Assembly (NCBI GenBank): GCA_902529805.1
Contig: CABZXU010000008.1
Location: forward strand, 468 to 64,467
DNA from: an uncultured Marinoscillum sp.
GTDB taxonomy: Bacteria > Bacteroidota > Bacteroidia > Cytophagales > MED-G16
Reading direction: 5' to 3'
DNA length: 64,000 nt
Of the stretch, positions 29,265-40,020 are shown one piece after another. The position numbers and the translations under genes were made by a program. How positions within the stretch are numbered: the first letter of the stretch is position 1; each line of letters begins with the position of its first letter. Under the pieces are notes generated by a model that did no database searches, was not told where the DNA came from, and saw only the letters and a list, made by a program, of their open reading frames with translations.

Positions 29265-31762
29265 TTTTTTTAAAATTTAAATATTCAAGATGACTTTTTG
29301 TTTCAAATAAAATTTTCATATTACTTTCTGCAATTACGAATTTAGATAATATAGGAATTTTTTCTTTATATCTTAATTCAAAATCGTCAATTAAAATATT
29401 GTATTTTTCATAATTTAAATTTGAAACAACAATTAACTTTTCTTTTTTAGTATATTCAAATCTATTAATAAAGTATAAATTCTTTTATCATTTTCTTGAC
29501 TTCATCACTTATCTTATTAATTAGATTCTCATCATTATTTACTACAAATACTAAATAAAAGTTTTCTTCATTATTGTCTTTATTAAACTCAGGTATTCCA
29601 CTAAATACATAATTGCTATTAACTTCTTCAGAAGATTTTAAAAGCTCCTTGCTAAATTGAATAATATCTTTATTTATAACATTGTTTAAAATTTTCTTTA
29701 TGCTTAATTGAAATATAAAGTTTCCATATAATTCTCCATTTGTTAAGGCTTTGAGCAAAATAAATTTTTCATGTAAACTATTTTGCGAATAATTACTAAT
29801 AATTGAATTTGATTTTTTAATTACAAAATCATAATCTTTACTTTCATATCTTTTAAAAAGATTATTGTATTCACCTATTAGAAATGTGTTTTCAACAAAT
29901 TGATCTTGCTCATAATTTGGATTTATAATGAGCTTAGTAAAAAGGTTATTTGGGAAGTCATTTAGTAATTTTTCTTTATATATGTCAGCTATTTTATAAT
30001 CAGATTCTTTTGTCCTTAGATATAGAAGATAAAGTACTTCTGGAATGTATTCAGATTTATCAAACTCTTTAAGTAATTTATCAAAATAATTTTTTCCCAG
30101 TGGAAATTCATTTAGTTGCTGAATATATATTTTGCCAACTTTAAAATATGCTATTTCAATTTCTTTTTTTAAATTATTTTTTTCACTTTCTTCAAATGGT
30201 ATCTTTTTAAATAAATTTTCTTTATTATTTTCATTACTATTATTTTCTTTTGAAGATACCGCAATAGAGTCCTCAACATTTTTTGTATTTGTTTCCTCTA
30301 TTTCAATAAGTTTAATTTTTCTAGAAATCCTCCAATTGTCAGTTAATTTCCTATTTCCCCAAATTCTTTTGAACTCATCTCTTCCTCTAGTCAAAACCAA
30401 ATCATTGTAAAAGTACCATGAGTTTTTTGATAAATTTTCATCTATTATTTCTTGTTGATTATCATTAAAAGAAAAATTTTCATCTAATTTCTCCTTTTTT
30501 TTTTCTTCTTTTTTTAACTGATTTATGTAATTATCAACTATTTTGTTTATTTCTTCTTTATCTAATAGACTTAATTGAATTAGACTATCATTTTCTTCAA
30601 TTAATTTTAAGTTTTCTACTAATTCTAATAAGATTTGTCTTCTTTCATTAAGATTTTTATATTCTTTATTTTCTCTATTTGTATTATTTAAAGTACTATC
30701 ATAATATAATTTTGATATTTCATATTTTCTAAAATCATTATAATATATTTCAGCGAGTTTCTTATAATTTAAATATTTTTGATCAGAACTACTTTCATTT
30801 GACTTAAGCGATTTGTTATAATTTTTAATTGCTAATTCAATTTTATTTTGATTATATTCAAACTCACCTATTTCAAAAAATATTTTATCTAAATAGTTTT
30901 CATTTTTTTTATCTCTTAATAGCTTATTAAAATATTTATAGATTTTTTTTATGTCGCTAGAGTTAGTTAGCTCTGTGACTTTAGCTAAATTTAGCTTTGT
31001 ATAAAATTCTAATTCAAATGACGGATTATTTTTTAAACATTTTCTATAATATTTATAAGCTTCATTTTTGAATCCCTTTTTTTGATAAATTTGACCAATT
31101 AAAAATAAAATTTTGCTTTGTTGATTTTTATTTGTTACTACTTCTTCTATTGAATTTAAATTTTTAATTACTTCATCATAATTTTCTATGTTTTGAAAAA
31201 TAAAAGCTGAATTAAGATGAAATGAGATTTTATTTTTTTTATTCATTTCCACTTTGTCTAGGTAATTATAAACTTCGAGTGACTCTTGTATTTTATTATT
31301 TTCAAAATAACTTCTCATCAAGTAAATTAATGCTAGGGTACTTGTTTTTATATCTTTGGATTTTGTATTTACATATTTAAAAGTTATTTCAGCATTCTTA
31401 AATTCAAAATTATATAATCTAGAAAGTCCGATTAGAATATAACTATCCATAACTAAAGATGATTCTGGATGTCTTTGAATTAATAATGATGCTTTTTCAA
31501 TTGCATTATTTGTTAAATCCGAATATTGAGAAATATTATTAGAATCCAAGGGTGAAATTATAGGGATTATTTCATCATAATTCCATTTATATGAATCATA
31601 AATTATATTTTGAACTTTTTTAATATTTTCATTAGCTATGAAATAGCTATTAAACCTTGCAGTTGAATCTTCATAAAATTGTTTAACTACAGATCTACAA
31701 GAAAATAATAAAAGTATTATTATAATTAAATATCTAACATTTGTATATGTGCTAATAATCAT
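29254..31762 (-). CDS. sprE: T9SS/gliding TPR lipoprotein SprE/PorW, with a +1 frameshift near 29465-29487 (track ORF 29465..31762 lacks the C-terminus)
   Basis: Lipobox LFSC, TARFNSYF, TPR repeats, WYFYN and FKRIWGNRKLTDNWR motifs. The +1 frame continues about 70 codons past the track stop to TAA at 29256-29254, ending FVIAESNMKILFETKSHLEYLNF. Confidence 0.85.
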
Positions 31763-31817
31763 TTTTAGATAACTTATGTATAGTAATTACTATAAGTAAA
31801 CGATAGTAATTAAGATA

Positions 31818-31825
31818 TATTTTTG
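31818..31825 (+). promoter_or_regulatory. candidate -7 promoter element upstream of the M23 peptidase gene
   Basis: TATTTTTG matches TAnnTTTG, 25 nt before GTG 31851. Confidence 0.4.
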
Positions 31826-31850
31826 TTTATTTGTTTATAAAGATAATTAA

Positions 31851-32717
31851 GTGAGAAAAAAAACAATTAAATGGTTACAATCAAAATTTCATTTTGTAAT
31901 TAGAAATGATGCGGATTTGAAAGAGATGTTTATTTACAAGCTTTCAAATTTTAGATTTATTTTAATTTCTTTTATTCTCCTTTTATCTTTTTTAACTATT
32001 AGTTTTTACTTATCAACAACAGCTTTAAAATATTGGTTTGACCCTAGGTTTGTTGAACAACTTGCTAATCAGCAAGTAATAAATTTATCACAAACTGTTG
32101 ATTCATTAATTATTGAATCAACTAATAAGGATATTTATATTAACAATATCAAATCTATTTTACAAGGTAAAGAAAATATAGATAATACATTATCTATTCA
32201 AAATAATAAGTTAAAAGATACATTACCTACAAGAAATGTATTAGACGAATCTAATTCTACAGATTCTATTTTTAGAAAGCAATTCGAAGAATCTAATAAC
32301 AATTATTTTTATGAAAATATAGAAAATAATTTTGATGAGATATTAAATGTCAATCTTTTTTCTCCTGTTTCTTCAGGTATAATTTCATCAAAATATGATG
32401 TTTCTAAAAAACATTATGGTATTGATATTCTTTGTAAAAAGGATGAGCCAATTAAAGCAATTGCAGATGGAACGGTTATTCTTTCCTCATGGACTAAAGA
32501 TAGTGGATATATCATTTCTATTTACCATTCAAATAATCTTGTTTCAATATATAAACATAATTCAAAATTATTAAGGAATGTTGGAGACAATGTTTCTACT
32601 GGTGATATCATATCTATTATTGGTAATACAGGACAACTTTCTTCTGGACCACATCTTCATTTAGAATTGTGGTTTAATGGTAAATCAATTAATCCTTCGC
32701 AATTTGTTTCATTCTAA
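31851..32717 (+). CDS. M23 family metallopeptidase
   Basis: N-terminal TM, HYGID and GPHLHLELW zinc motifs, YKHN; GTG start. Confidence 0.92.
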   Translation: MRKKTIKWLQSKFHFVIRNDADLKEMFIYKLSNFRFILISFILLLSFLTISFYLSTTALKYWFDPRFVEQLANQQVINLSQTVDSLIIESTNKDIYINNIKSILQGKENIDNTLSIQNNKLKDTLPTRNVLDESNSTDSIFRKQFEESNNNYFYENIENNFDEILNVNLFSPVSSGIISSKYDVSKKHYGIDILCKKDEPIKAIADGTVILSSWTKDSGYIISIYHSNNLVSIYKHNSKLLRNVGDNVSTGDIISIIGNTGQLSSGPHLHLELWFNGKSINPSQFVSF

Positions 32718-32750
32718 CTATTTTTGTAGTTTACTTAAAATAATGATCAA

Positions 32751-33134
32751 GTGGAAAATTCAGAATCAAACAATATTATAGGAAAAGGAAGTTTACTAAA
32801 AGGCAATCTAAATGTTCCTGGAAATATTAGGTTGGAAGGGAAGGTAGTTGGAAATGTTAAATCAAAATCTAAAATAGTCTGTGGTGAGACGTCAATTGTT
32901 GAAGGTAATGTTAATGCAGTTAATGCAGAGATTGCAGGAAAGGTTAATGGTAAAGTCAAAGTTGAAGAATTATTAATATTAAAATCTTCATGTATTATTA
33001 ATGGTGATATTTCAACAGAAAAATTAATAATTGAATCAGGATCTAAATTTAATGGTGGATGTGTTATGGGTGAGGGTCTAGAAAAACAAAAATCTTCTAA
33101 AAACCCGAATTTGTCTTCTAGAAATGGCAAGTAA
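32751..33134 (+). CDS. bactofilin (polymer-forming cytoskeletal protein)
   Basis: NIIGKGSLLKGNL..GNIRLEG..G.V beta-helix repeats, LIIESGSKFNGGC; usual M23-bactofilin pairing. Confidence 0.92.
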   Translation: MENSESNNIIGKGSLLKGNLNVPGNIRLEGKVVGNVKSKSKIVCGETSIVEGNVNAVNAEIAGKVNGKVKVEELLILKSSCIINGDISTEKLIIESGSKFNGGCVMGEGLEKQKSSKNPNLSSRNGK

Positions 33135-33330
33135 TTTTAAATCAAAAAAAAATTATTTTAAATATATAAATCTTGGGTTTCAGATTCTCATTTTATTATT
33201 TATTTCAGGTTATATCGGTGTTTTTTTTGATTCTTATTTTAAATTTGAATATCCATTTTTAGTATTTTTTTTTCCATTTGTTGCATTCATTATTTATTTA
33301 TATAGGATATATTATCTACTTATAAAATGA
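33124..33330 (+). CDS. AtpZ/AtpI family small membrane protein
   Basis: KYINLGFQ..G.FFD pattern, two TMs, upstream of atpB. Confidence 0.75.
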   Translation: MASNFKSKKNYFKYINLGFQILILLFISGYIGVFFDSYFKFEYPFLVFFFPFVAFIIYLYRIYYLLIK

Positions 33331-33692
33331 AAAAAAAATCTTTAATAGAAATTTTTTTTTTTAATGGTTTTTTATTCTTTTTTTCTTTAATCGCTATTTA
33401 TTTTAATTTCTATTTTATTCACCCTTATATTTTACCAATATATTTTTTTCACTTAATTTATTTTATTATTTTTTTTCTTTTAAATAAAAACATTAAAAAC
33501 AAATCAAAAAGTGTAAGGAACCTTCTGATTTCGATAGTTTTACGATTTACTTTTTCTTTCTTTTTTCTTATTTCTATTGGCATTTTAAATATTGAAAGTT
33601 ATAATTTATTTATAATGAATTTTTTTGCTTTTTATTTATTATATATAATATTTGAAATAAGAATTCTATTAATTAATTTGCAGCCTACTTAA
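33327..33692 (+). CDS. ATP synthase-associated membrane protein (AtpI-like)
   Basis: Four hydrophobic segments, FFAFYLLYIIFE motif, immediately before atpB. Confidence 0.65.
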   Translation: MKKKSLIEIFFFNGFLFFFSLIAIYFNFYFIHPYILPIYFFHLIYFIIFFLLNKNIKNKSKSVRNLLISIVLRFTFSFFFLISIGILNIESYNLFIMNFFAFYLLYIIFEIRILLINLQPT

Positions 33693-33698
33693 TAAGTT

Positions 33699-34706
33699 AT
33701 GTTTTCTAAAACTCTACACGCCTTTTCTATAGTTTTTTTTATATCTTTTTTTTCTTTAGCTGATGCCAAAAAAAATTCACAAGATGATAAAGATGATAAA
33801 GTTGATATTGGAGGTATGATAATGCATCATATCTTAGATGATTATGGATATGAAATAATGGAAGGGGTTGTTATTCCATTACCTGTCATATTGTATTCAA
33901 AAGAGACGGGATTAGATATTTTTTCTTCATCAAAACTCTTTGATAAAGGTCATATTGCTATTAGTGAAGGTTATAAAGGATATTATTATGATCATGGTCA
34001 TATTAAATCGATTGATAATTCAAGATCTTTTTATGATTTTTCAATCACAAAAAATGTAGCATTTTTAATTTTAAATGCATTTTTAATTTTGCTTATTTTT
34101 TTGAATGTTGCAAGAGGATATAAATCTAAAATCTCTGCTCCTTCGGGCCTTCAATCTTTTTTTGAGCCTATTATTCTTTTTGTAAGAGATAATATAGTTA
34201 AGCCTAATATAGGGAAACATTATGAAAAATATTTGTCATATATGCTAACTCTATTCTTTTTTATTTTTTTTGGTAATATTTTAGGTTTACTACCTGCTGC
34301 TGCAAATCTTACTGGAAATATTGCAGTTACAATGATTTTAGCAATTTTAACTTTTTTAATAACTAATTTTTCAGGTAATAAAAATTATTGGAAGCATATT
34401 TTCTGGACACCTAATGTTCCAAATGTTATGAGAATAATTATTTTACCAATTGAAATTATAGGTGTGTTTACTAAGCCGTTTTCCTTAATGATCAGATTGT
34501 TTGTAGCCATCACAGCAGGTCACATTGTTTTATTAAGTTTCATTGGTATGACTTTTATTTTTCAAAGTTATTTTGTTGGAATTTTAAGCGCTTTATTTGC
34601 CGTTGCATTAAATATCATTGAATTACTTGTTGCTGCAATTCAGGCTTATGTTTTTACAATGTTTTCTTCAGTTTATATTGGATTAGCTATAGAAGAAGAA
34701 CACTAA
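33699..34706 (+). CDS. atpB: F0F1 ATP synthase subunit a
   Basis: HHILD, DFSITKNV, KPFSLMIRLF (conserved Arg), AGH and IQAYVFTM. Confidence 0.96.
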   Translation: MFSKTLHAFSIVFFISFFSLADAKKNSQDDKDDKVDIGGMIMHHILDDYGYEIMEGVVIPLPVILYSKETGLDIFSSSKLFDKGHIAISEGYKGYYYDHGHIKSIDNSRSFYDFSITKNVAFLILNAFLILLIFLNVARGYKSKISAPSGLQSFFEPIILFVRDNIVKPNIGKHYEKYLSYMLTLFFFIFFGNILGLLPAAANLTGNIAVTMILAILTFLITNFSGNKNYWKHIFWTPNVPNVMRIIILPIEIIGVFTKPFSLMIRLFVAITAGHIVLLSFIGMTFIFQSYFVGILSALFAVALNIIELLVAAIQAYVFTMFSSVYIGLAIEEEH

Positions 34707-34722
34707 AAAATTTTTATGTTAA

Positions 34723-35004
<282 letters not shown>

Positions 35005-35017
35005 TAAGTAAATTGAT

Positions 35018-35518
35018 ATGGATTTATTAACTCCTGGTGTAGGACTTATTTTCTGGCAGTTATTAATATTTGGATTGCTTTTTTTGTTTTTATCCAAATA
35101 TGCTTGGGGACCTATTACAAAATCGTTGAAGGATAGAGAAAAATTTATTAGTGACTCTATAAAATCTGCTGAAACAGCCGAAAAAGAGCTAGAAAAATTA
35201 AATGAAAAAAACAAAGAGCTTGTCAAAGAGGCTAGAAAAGAAAGAGAAAAAATTTTATTAGAGGCTAAGTCTATTTCTAATTCTATTAAGAATTCAGCAA
35301 AAGATGAAGCTTCAAAAATTACTGATAAAATGATTGATGATGCAAAAAAAATGATTGAAGTTGAAAAGATGTCAGCAATTAAAGAAGTTAAAGTTCTTGT
35401 TGCATCTCTATCTTTAGAGATTGCTGAAAAAGTTATTGAGGAAAATTTAAAAAATGAATCTTCACAAAAAAAACTTGTTAGTGATTTAATTGATAAAATA
35501 AAAATTGATAAAAATTAA
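35018..35518 (+). CDS. atpF: F0F1 ATP synthase subunit b
   Basis: MDLLTPGVGLIFWQ, KYAWGPI and a coiled-coil stalk. Confidence 0.96.
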   Translation: MDLLTPGVGLIFWQLLIFGLLFLFLSKYAWGPITKSLKDREKFISDSIKSAETAEKELEKLNEKNKELVKEARKEREKILLEAKSISNSIKNSAKDEASKITDKMIDDAKKMIEVEKMSAIKEVKVLVASLSLEIAEKVIEENLKNESSQKKLVSDLIDKIKIDKN

Positions 35519-36057
35519 TGTTTGATCATAGAGCTTCGGTAAGATATGCTAAACCTTTAATTGATTTATCAATCTCAAAGGGTATTATTGAAGATGTTTT
35601 CAAAGATGTTAATTTATTTTTGGATACCTGCAAAAGCAATTATGATTTTTCGTTAATGCTTAAAAACCCTATTATCCCATTAAACAAAAAAGTTGATATT
35701 CTTAAAGATATATTTTCAAAAACCTTTAATGATTTAACCTTAAATACATTTATAAAAATCATTTATAATAATAGAGATCATATACTCGAAAATATTTGTA
35801 AAAAGTTTGTAGATCTATATAATAAACATAATAATATTCAAGATGTTATTCTTACTTCAGCTATTAGACTAGATGAGTCATCTTTAAAAAAAATTAAATC
35901 TAAATTAAGTAAATTATCGACTAAAAGTATATCGATTAATCAAAAAATAAACTCAAATATAATAGGAGGTTTTATTTTAAAAGTTGATGATAAAATGTAC
36001 GATGCAAGTTATAGAACTAAATTAAAAAATATTAAAAAAACGTTGTTAAACAATTAA
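35518..36057 (+). CDS. atpH: F1 ATP synthase subunit delta
   Basis: RYAKPL, LKNPII and IIGGFILKVDDKMYDAS motifs. Confidence 0.95.
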   Translation: MFDHRASVRYAKPLIDLSISKGIIEDVFKDVNLFLDTCKSNYDFSLMLKNPIIPLNKKVDILKDIFSKTFNDLTLNTFIKIIYNNRDHILENICKKFVDLYNKHNNIQDVILTSAIRLDESSLKKIKSKLSKLSTKSISINQKINSNIIGGFILKVDDKMYDASYRTKLKNIKKTLLNN

Positions 36058-36068
36058 ATTAAATTAAA

Positions 36069-37649
36069 ATGTCAGAAATAAGACCAGATGAAATATCCTC
36101 GATAATTAGAGATCAATTATCGAATTCTAAATCAACAACGCAGTTAGAAGAGACAGGAACTGTTTTGCAAATAGGTGATGGTGTAGCAAGAATTTATGGA
36201 TTAACCAATGCTCAGGCAGGAGAAATAATAGAGTTTGAAAATGGAACCAAAGGACTTGTATTAAATTTAGAGGAAGACAATGTTGGTTCAGTACTAATGG
36301 GAGATTATAGTGATTTAAAAGAAGGAGATTCTGTTAAAAGAACAAAAGAAATAGCATCTATTAAGGTAGGTGATGGAATGTGTGGTAGAGTAGTAGATAC
36401 TTTAGGTAATCCAGTAGATGGAAAAGGCCCAATCAAAGGTAAACTTTATGATATGCCTTTAGAGAGAAAAGCCCCCGGGGTTATATATAGAGAGCCTGTT
36501 TCAGAACCTCTTCAAACAGGAATAAAAGCAATTGATTCAATGATTCCAATAGGTAGAGGTCAGAGAGAGTTAATTATTGGCGATAGACAAACCGGCAAAA
36601 CTGCTGTTGCAATTGATACAATTCTAAATCAGAAGGAATTTTATGATAAAGGAAATCCAGTTTATTGTATATATGTTGCTGTAGGTCAAAAAGCTTCAAC
36701 TGTTGCGCAAGTAGCTACAATTTTAGAAAAAAATGGTGCATTACCATATACAGTTGTTGTTTCTGCTCCCTCATCTATTCCTGCTCCAATGCAATTTTTT
36801 TCTCCTTTTACAGGAGCTTCTATTGGAGAATATTTTAGAGATACCGGAAGAGCCGCTCTTGTTATATATGATGATTTATCTAAACAAGCAGTTTCTTATA
36901 GAGAGGTTTCTTTACTTTTGAGAAGACCACCAGGCAGAGAAGCGTATCCAGGCGATGTATTTTATTTACATTCAAGATTATTAGAAAGAGCAGCAAAAAT
37001 TATTAATAATGACAAGTTAGCTTCTGAAATGAATGACCTTCCTGATTCATTAAAAAAGGATGTAAAAGGAGGAGGATCATTGACTGCTTTACCAATTATT
37101 GAAACCCAAGAAGGAGATGTTTCTGCTTACATTCCAACAAATGTTATTTCAATTACAGATGGTCAGATATTTTTAGAATCTAATCTATTTAATTCTGGTA
37201 TTAGACCAGCTATAAATGTTGGGATTTCTGTTTCTCGAGTTGGTGGTAATGCCCAAATTAAATCTATGAAAAAAATATGTGGGTCTCTTAAGTTAGACCA
37301 AGCTGCATTTAGAGAATTAGAAGCTTTTTCTAAATTTGGATCTGATTTAGATGCCGCCACTCAGCTTGTTATAGATAGGGGAAGAACTAATCAAGAAATA
37401 CTTAAACAAAATCAATATTCTCCACTTAGAGTTGACGAACAAATAGCTGTTATTTATTGTTCTTCTAATGGTTTTTTTGATGGTGTTGATTTAAAAAATA
37501 TATCAAAGCTTGAGAAAGAATATTTAGATACTGTTAATTCTAAACATAAAGATTTGTTAGATGAACTTGCAGAAGGGAAGGTAAATGAAAAAAGTTTAGA
37601 AAAACTTGGAGAAGTTGCAAAAAAAGCAGCTTCAAACTATAAAAGTTAA
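36069..37649 (+). CDS. atpA: F1 ATP synthase subunit alpha
   Basis: [14 protein letters not shown] and [23 protein letters not shown]. Confidence 0.99.
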   Translation: MSEIRPDEISSIIRDQLSNSKSTTQLEETGTVLQIGDGVARIYGLTNAQAGEIIEFENGTKGLVLNLEEDNVGSVLMGDYSDLKEGDSVKRTKEIASIKVGDGMCGRVVDTLGNPVDGKGPIKGKLYDMPLERKAPGVIYREPVSEPLQTGIKAIDSMIPIGRGQRELIIGDRQTGKTAVAIDTILNQKEFYDKGNPVYCIYVAVGQKASTVAQVATILEKNGALPYTVVVSAPSSIPAPMQFFSPFTGASIGEYFRDTGRAALVIYDDLSKQAVSYREVSLLLRRPPGREAYPGDVFYLHSRLLERAAKIINNDKLASEMNDLPDSLKKDVKGGGSLTALPIIETQEGDVSAYIPTNVISITDGQIFLESNLFNSGIRPAINVGISVSRVGGNAQIKSMKKICGSLKLDQAAFRELEAFSKFGSDLDAATQLVIDRGRTNQEILKQNQYSPLRVDEQIAVIYCSSNGFFDGVDLKNISKLEKEYLDTVNSKHKDLLDELAEGKVNEKSLEKLGEVAKKAASNYKS

Positions 37650-37658
37650 TTATAATAT

Positions 37659-38531
37659 ATGGCGAGTTTAAAAGAAGTTAAAAACAGAATTTTATCTGTT
37701 AATTCTACACAGCAGATAACAAAAGCCATGAAAATGGTAGCAGCTGCTAAATTAAGACGTGCTCAAGATAGGGTAATTCAATTAAGGCCCTATTCAGAAA
37801 AACTAAGAACTATATTAAATAATTTAAGTTCAAGCTCTGGTGATTCCAAATTATTAGTAGAAAGAAAAATCAATAAAGTTTTGATAATTGTAATAGGTTC
37901 AGATAAAGGTCTTTGTGGAAGCTTCAATAGTTCTGTAATTAAATTTACAAATCAATTGATAGAAAATAATTATAAAAATCTTTACGAAAATAAAAATCTA
38001 ACAATTTTACCTATTGGAAAAAAAATGTTTGATCATTACAAAAAAAGAAACTTTGTAATTTTAGATAAGTTTTGGTCAATATTAAAGAAATCTAGTTACG
38101 ATGATGTTGCTGATATTTCAGAGTTTTTAATGAATGAATTTATTTTAGAAAATTATGATAAAATTGAAATCATTTTCAACGAATTTAAAAATGTTGCAGT
38201 TCAAAACACTATGTCATCTGCCTTTTTACCAGTGCATAAAGCGAATGATGATGATGTAAAAAACGATACTAATTATATATTTGAACCAAACAAAAAAGAT
38301 ATTTTAAATAAGTTAATTCCTAAAGCTCTTACTGCAAACTTGTTTAAAACAGTACTAGAATCTAATGCTTCTGAGCAAGGTGCAAGGATGACAGCTATGA
38401 GTCAAGCTACTGATAATGCTACCGAATTATTAAAGGAATTAAAACTATCATACAATAGATCTCGTCAAGCTGCTATTACTAAAGAAATTTTAGAAATTGT
38501 GGGTGGAGCAGAAGCTTTAAACGCTAATTAA
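37659..38531 (+). CDS. atpG: F1 ATP synthase subunit gamma
   Basis: QITKAMKMVAAAK, DKGLCGSFN, ASEQGARMTAM and RQAAITKEILEI. Confidence 0.98.
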   Translation: MASLKEVKNRILSVNSTQQITKAMKMVAAAKLRRAQDRVIQLRPYSEKLRTILNNLSSSSGDSKLLVERKINKVLIIVIGSDKGLCGSFNSSVIKFTNQLIENNYKNLYENKNLTILPIGKKMFDHYKKRNFVILDKFWSILKKSSYDDVADISEFLMNEFILENYDKIEIIFNEFKNVAVQNTMSSAFLPVHKANDDDVKNDTNYIFEPNKKDILNKLIPKALTANLFKTVLESNASEQGARMTAMSQATDNATELLKELKLSYNRSRQAAITKEILEIVGGAEALNAN

Positions 38532-38532
38532 T

Positions 38533-39696
38533 TTATTTAATCTTTACTCTTTTAACTGGAATCGATTTGTCAAAGTGATATCTGTAAGTATGATGAGTTT
38601 TTGCAATTTTTACTCCAACTTGTTCAGCTACTTTTATCATATTTGTATTGAAATCCGGAATCCAATTAAGTTCTAAAGTATGGTAAGAAAGTTTTTCTTG
38701 AATGGTTTCTCTGGTAGCAGTAATTAAAGCACCATCTAAACCTTTACCTTGATGAGCTGGCACTATTCCAAACACAAGTCCAACCATTTTTTTACAAGAT
38801 TTTAAAATTTTAAGATGGTAAAAAATTTTTATTTTTCCTATGAGGTTTAATTTTCCATTTACATGTTTGAAGATTTGATTCATTTCAGGAATACATAGAA
38901 AAAACCCTACAGGTTCTTCGTTGTCATAGGCAAACCATGCTATTTTCTCATCTATTATTGGTTTTAGTTGATTCATTATTGATTTTGCTTGTAGTGATGA
39001 CATTTTTGAAACTCCTGGATATTTTGCCCATGCTTTGTTATAAACTTTTCTAAAATCATTAGTATATTTTTCTAGTTGGGTAAGTTTTAAATGCTTGAAA
39101 TTATAGTTTCGGTTTTGCATTGCCACTTTTGTTTTATAATATAGTCTTTCTGAAATAGGAGAGGTTATTTTTCTTGTGAAAGTAAATTGTTTGAATAGAA
39201 TTTTAAATCCATAACTTTCAAATAATTCTCTATAATATTTTTTTCCAAAGTTTTGTTGATAATTTGGATTGATATTGAATCCTTCAACAAGACATCCCCA
39301 CCATTTATCTCTTTCTCCAAAATTAATTGGACCATCCATTCCTTCAATTTTATTCGATTTCAACCAATTTTCAGAGGTTTCAAATAATAAATTAGCTGCT
39401 TTTTGATTGTTAATGCATTCAAAAAAACCACAACCACCTATTGAAAGTTTTCCATCAAGCTTTTTAGTTTTATCATTATAAAAAGCTGCAATTCTTCCAA
39501 TAAATTTACTTTCTTTAATCAAGACCCACCTTTTTACATTACCATGTCTGAAGGTTTTATTTTTCTTTTTATCAAACACATCTTGAATATCAATATCAAG
39601 AGGCCTTACCCAATACTTATCGTCTTTATAAATGTATGATGCTACATTTATAAATTCTTTTTCCAATTTCTTATTATTGACTTCAATTACTTTCAT
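38533..39696 (-). CDS. YghO-like tandem GNAT-fold protein
   Basis: IYKDDKYWVRPL, GRIAAF, GFFEC, GPINF, YNKAW and FGIVPAHQGKG (acetyl-CoA-binding QxxG) motifs. Confidence 0.78.
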   Translation of the reverse strand: MKVIEVNNKKLEKEFINVASYIYKDDKYWVRPLDIDIQDVFDKKKNKTFRHGNVKRWVLIKESKFIGRIAAFYNDKTKKLDGKLSIGGCGFFECINNQKAANLLFETSENWLKSNKIEGMDGPINFGERDKWWGCLVEGFNINPNYQQNFGKKYYRELFESYGFKILFKQFTFTRKITSPISERLYYKTKVAMQNRNYNFKHLKLTQLEKYTNDFRKVYNKAWAKYPGVSKMSSLQAKSIMNQLKPIIDEKIAWFAYDNEEPVGFFLCIPEMNQIFKHVNGKLNLIGKIKIFYHLKILKSCKKMVGLVFGIVPAHQGKGLDGALITATRETIQEKLSYHTLELNWIPDFNTNMIKVAEQVGVKIAKTHHTYRYHFDKSIPVKRVKIK

Positions 39697-39746
39697 AAAA
39701 AATTATAAAGTTTTTCAATATTAATCTCTTAAATAGTTTTCTTTTT

Positions 39747-39754
39747 TAAATTTG
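39747..39754 (+). promoter_or_regulatory. candidate -7 promoter element for oadGAB-thrBC
   Basis: TAAATTTG in the divergent intergenic region, 48 nt before ATG 39803. Confidence 0.5.
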
Positions 39755-39802
39755 TAAATCATAAAACAACATTAATTAAATTCTACTCAAAATTAAAATT
39801 TT

Positions 39803-40018
39803 ATGATTTATTCTATTTCTTTATCTGGATTAATTGTAGTCTTTACAGTACTATTTTTTGTTTTTTTTGTTGGAAAACTGCTTATTTTAATCACAAATAA
39901 ATTTTCATCTAATTTAAAAAATGAAGAAAAGGAAATTAATAAAATTATTGATTCAAAAATAAGTGATTTATCAGAAGGTAAAGGGAGAGTGATAAAAATA
40001 ACCAAAATTGATTCTTAG
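39803..40018 (+). CDS. oadG: Na+-translocating decarboxylase gamma subunit (Bacteroides type)
   Basis: Single TM GLIVVFTVLFFV..GKLLI..TNKF, C-terminal GKGRVIKITKI, first gene before oadA. Confidence 0.8.
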   Translation: MIYSISLSGLIVVFTVLFFVFFVGKLLILITNKFSSNLKNEEKEINKIIDSKISDLSEGKGRVIKITKIDS

Positions 40019-40020
40019 TT

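Noticed and set aside
32747-33130. 127-aa ORF antisense to bactofilin
   Set aside because: Shadow ORF of a well-supported gene with repetitive codon structure; no motifs.
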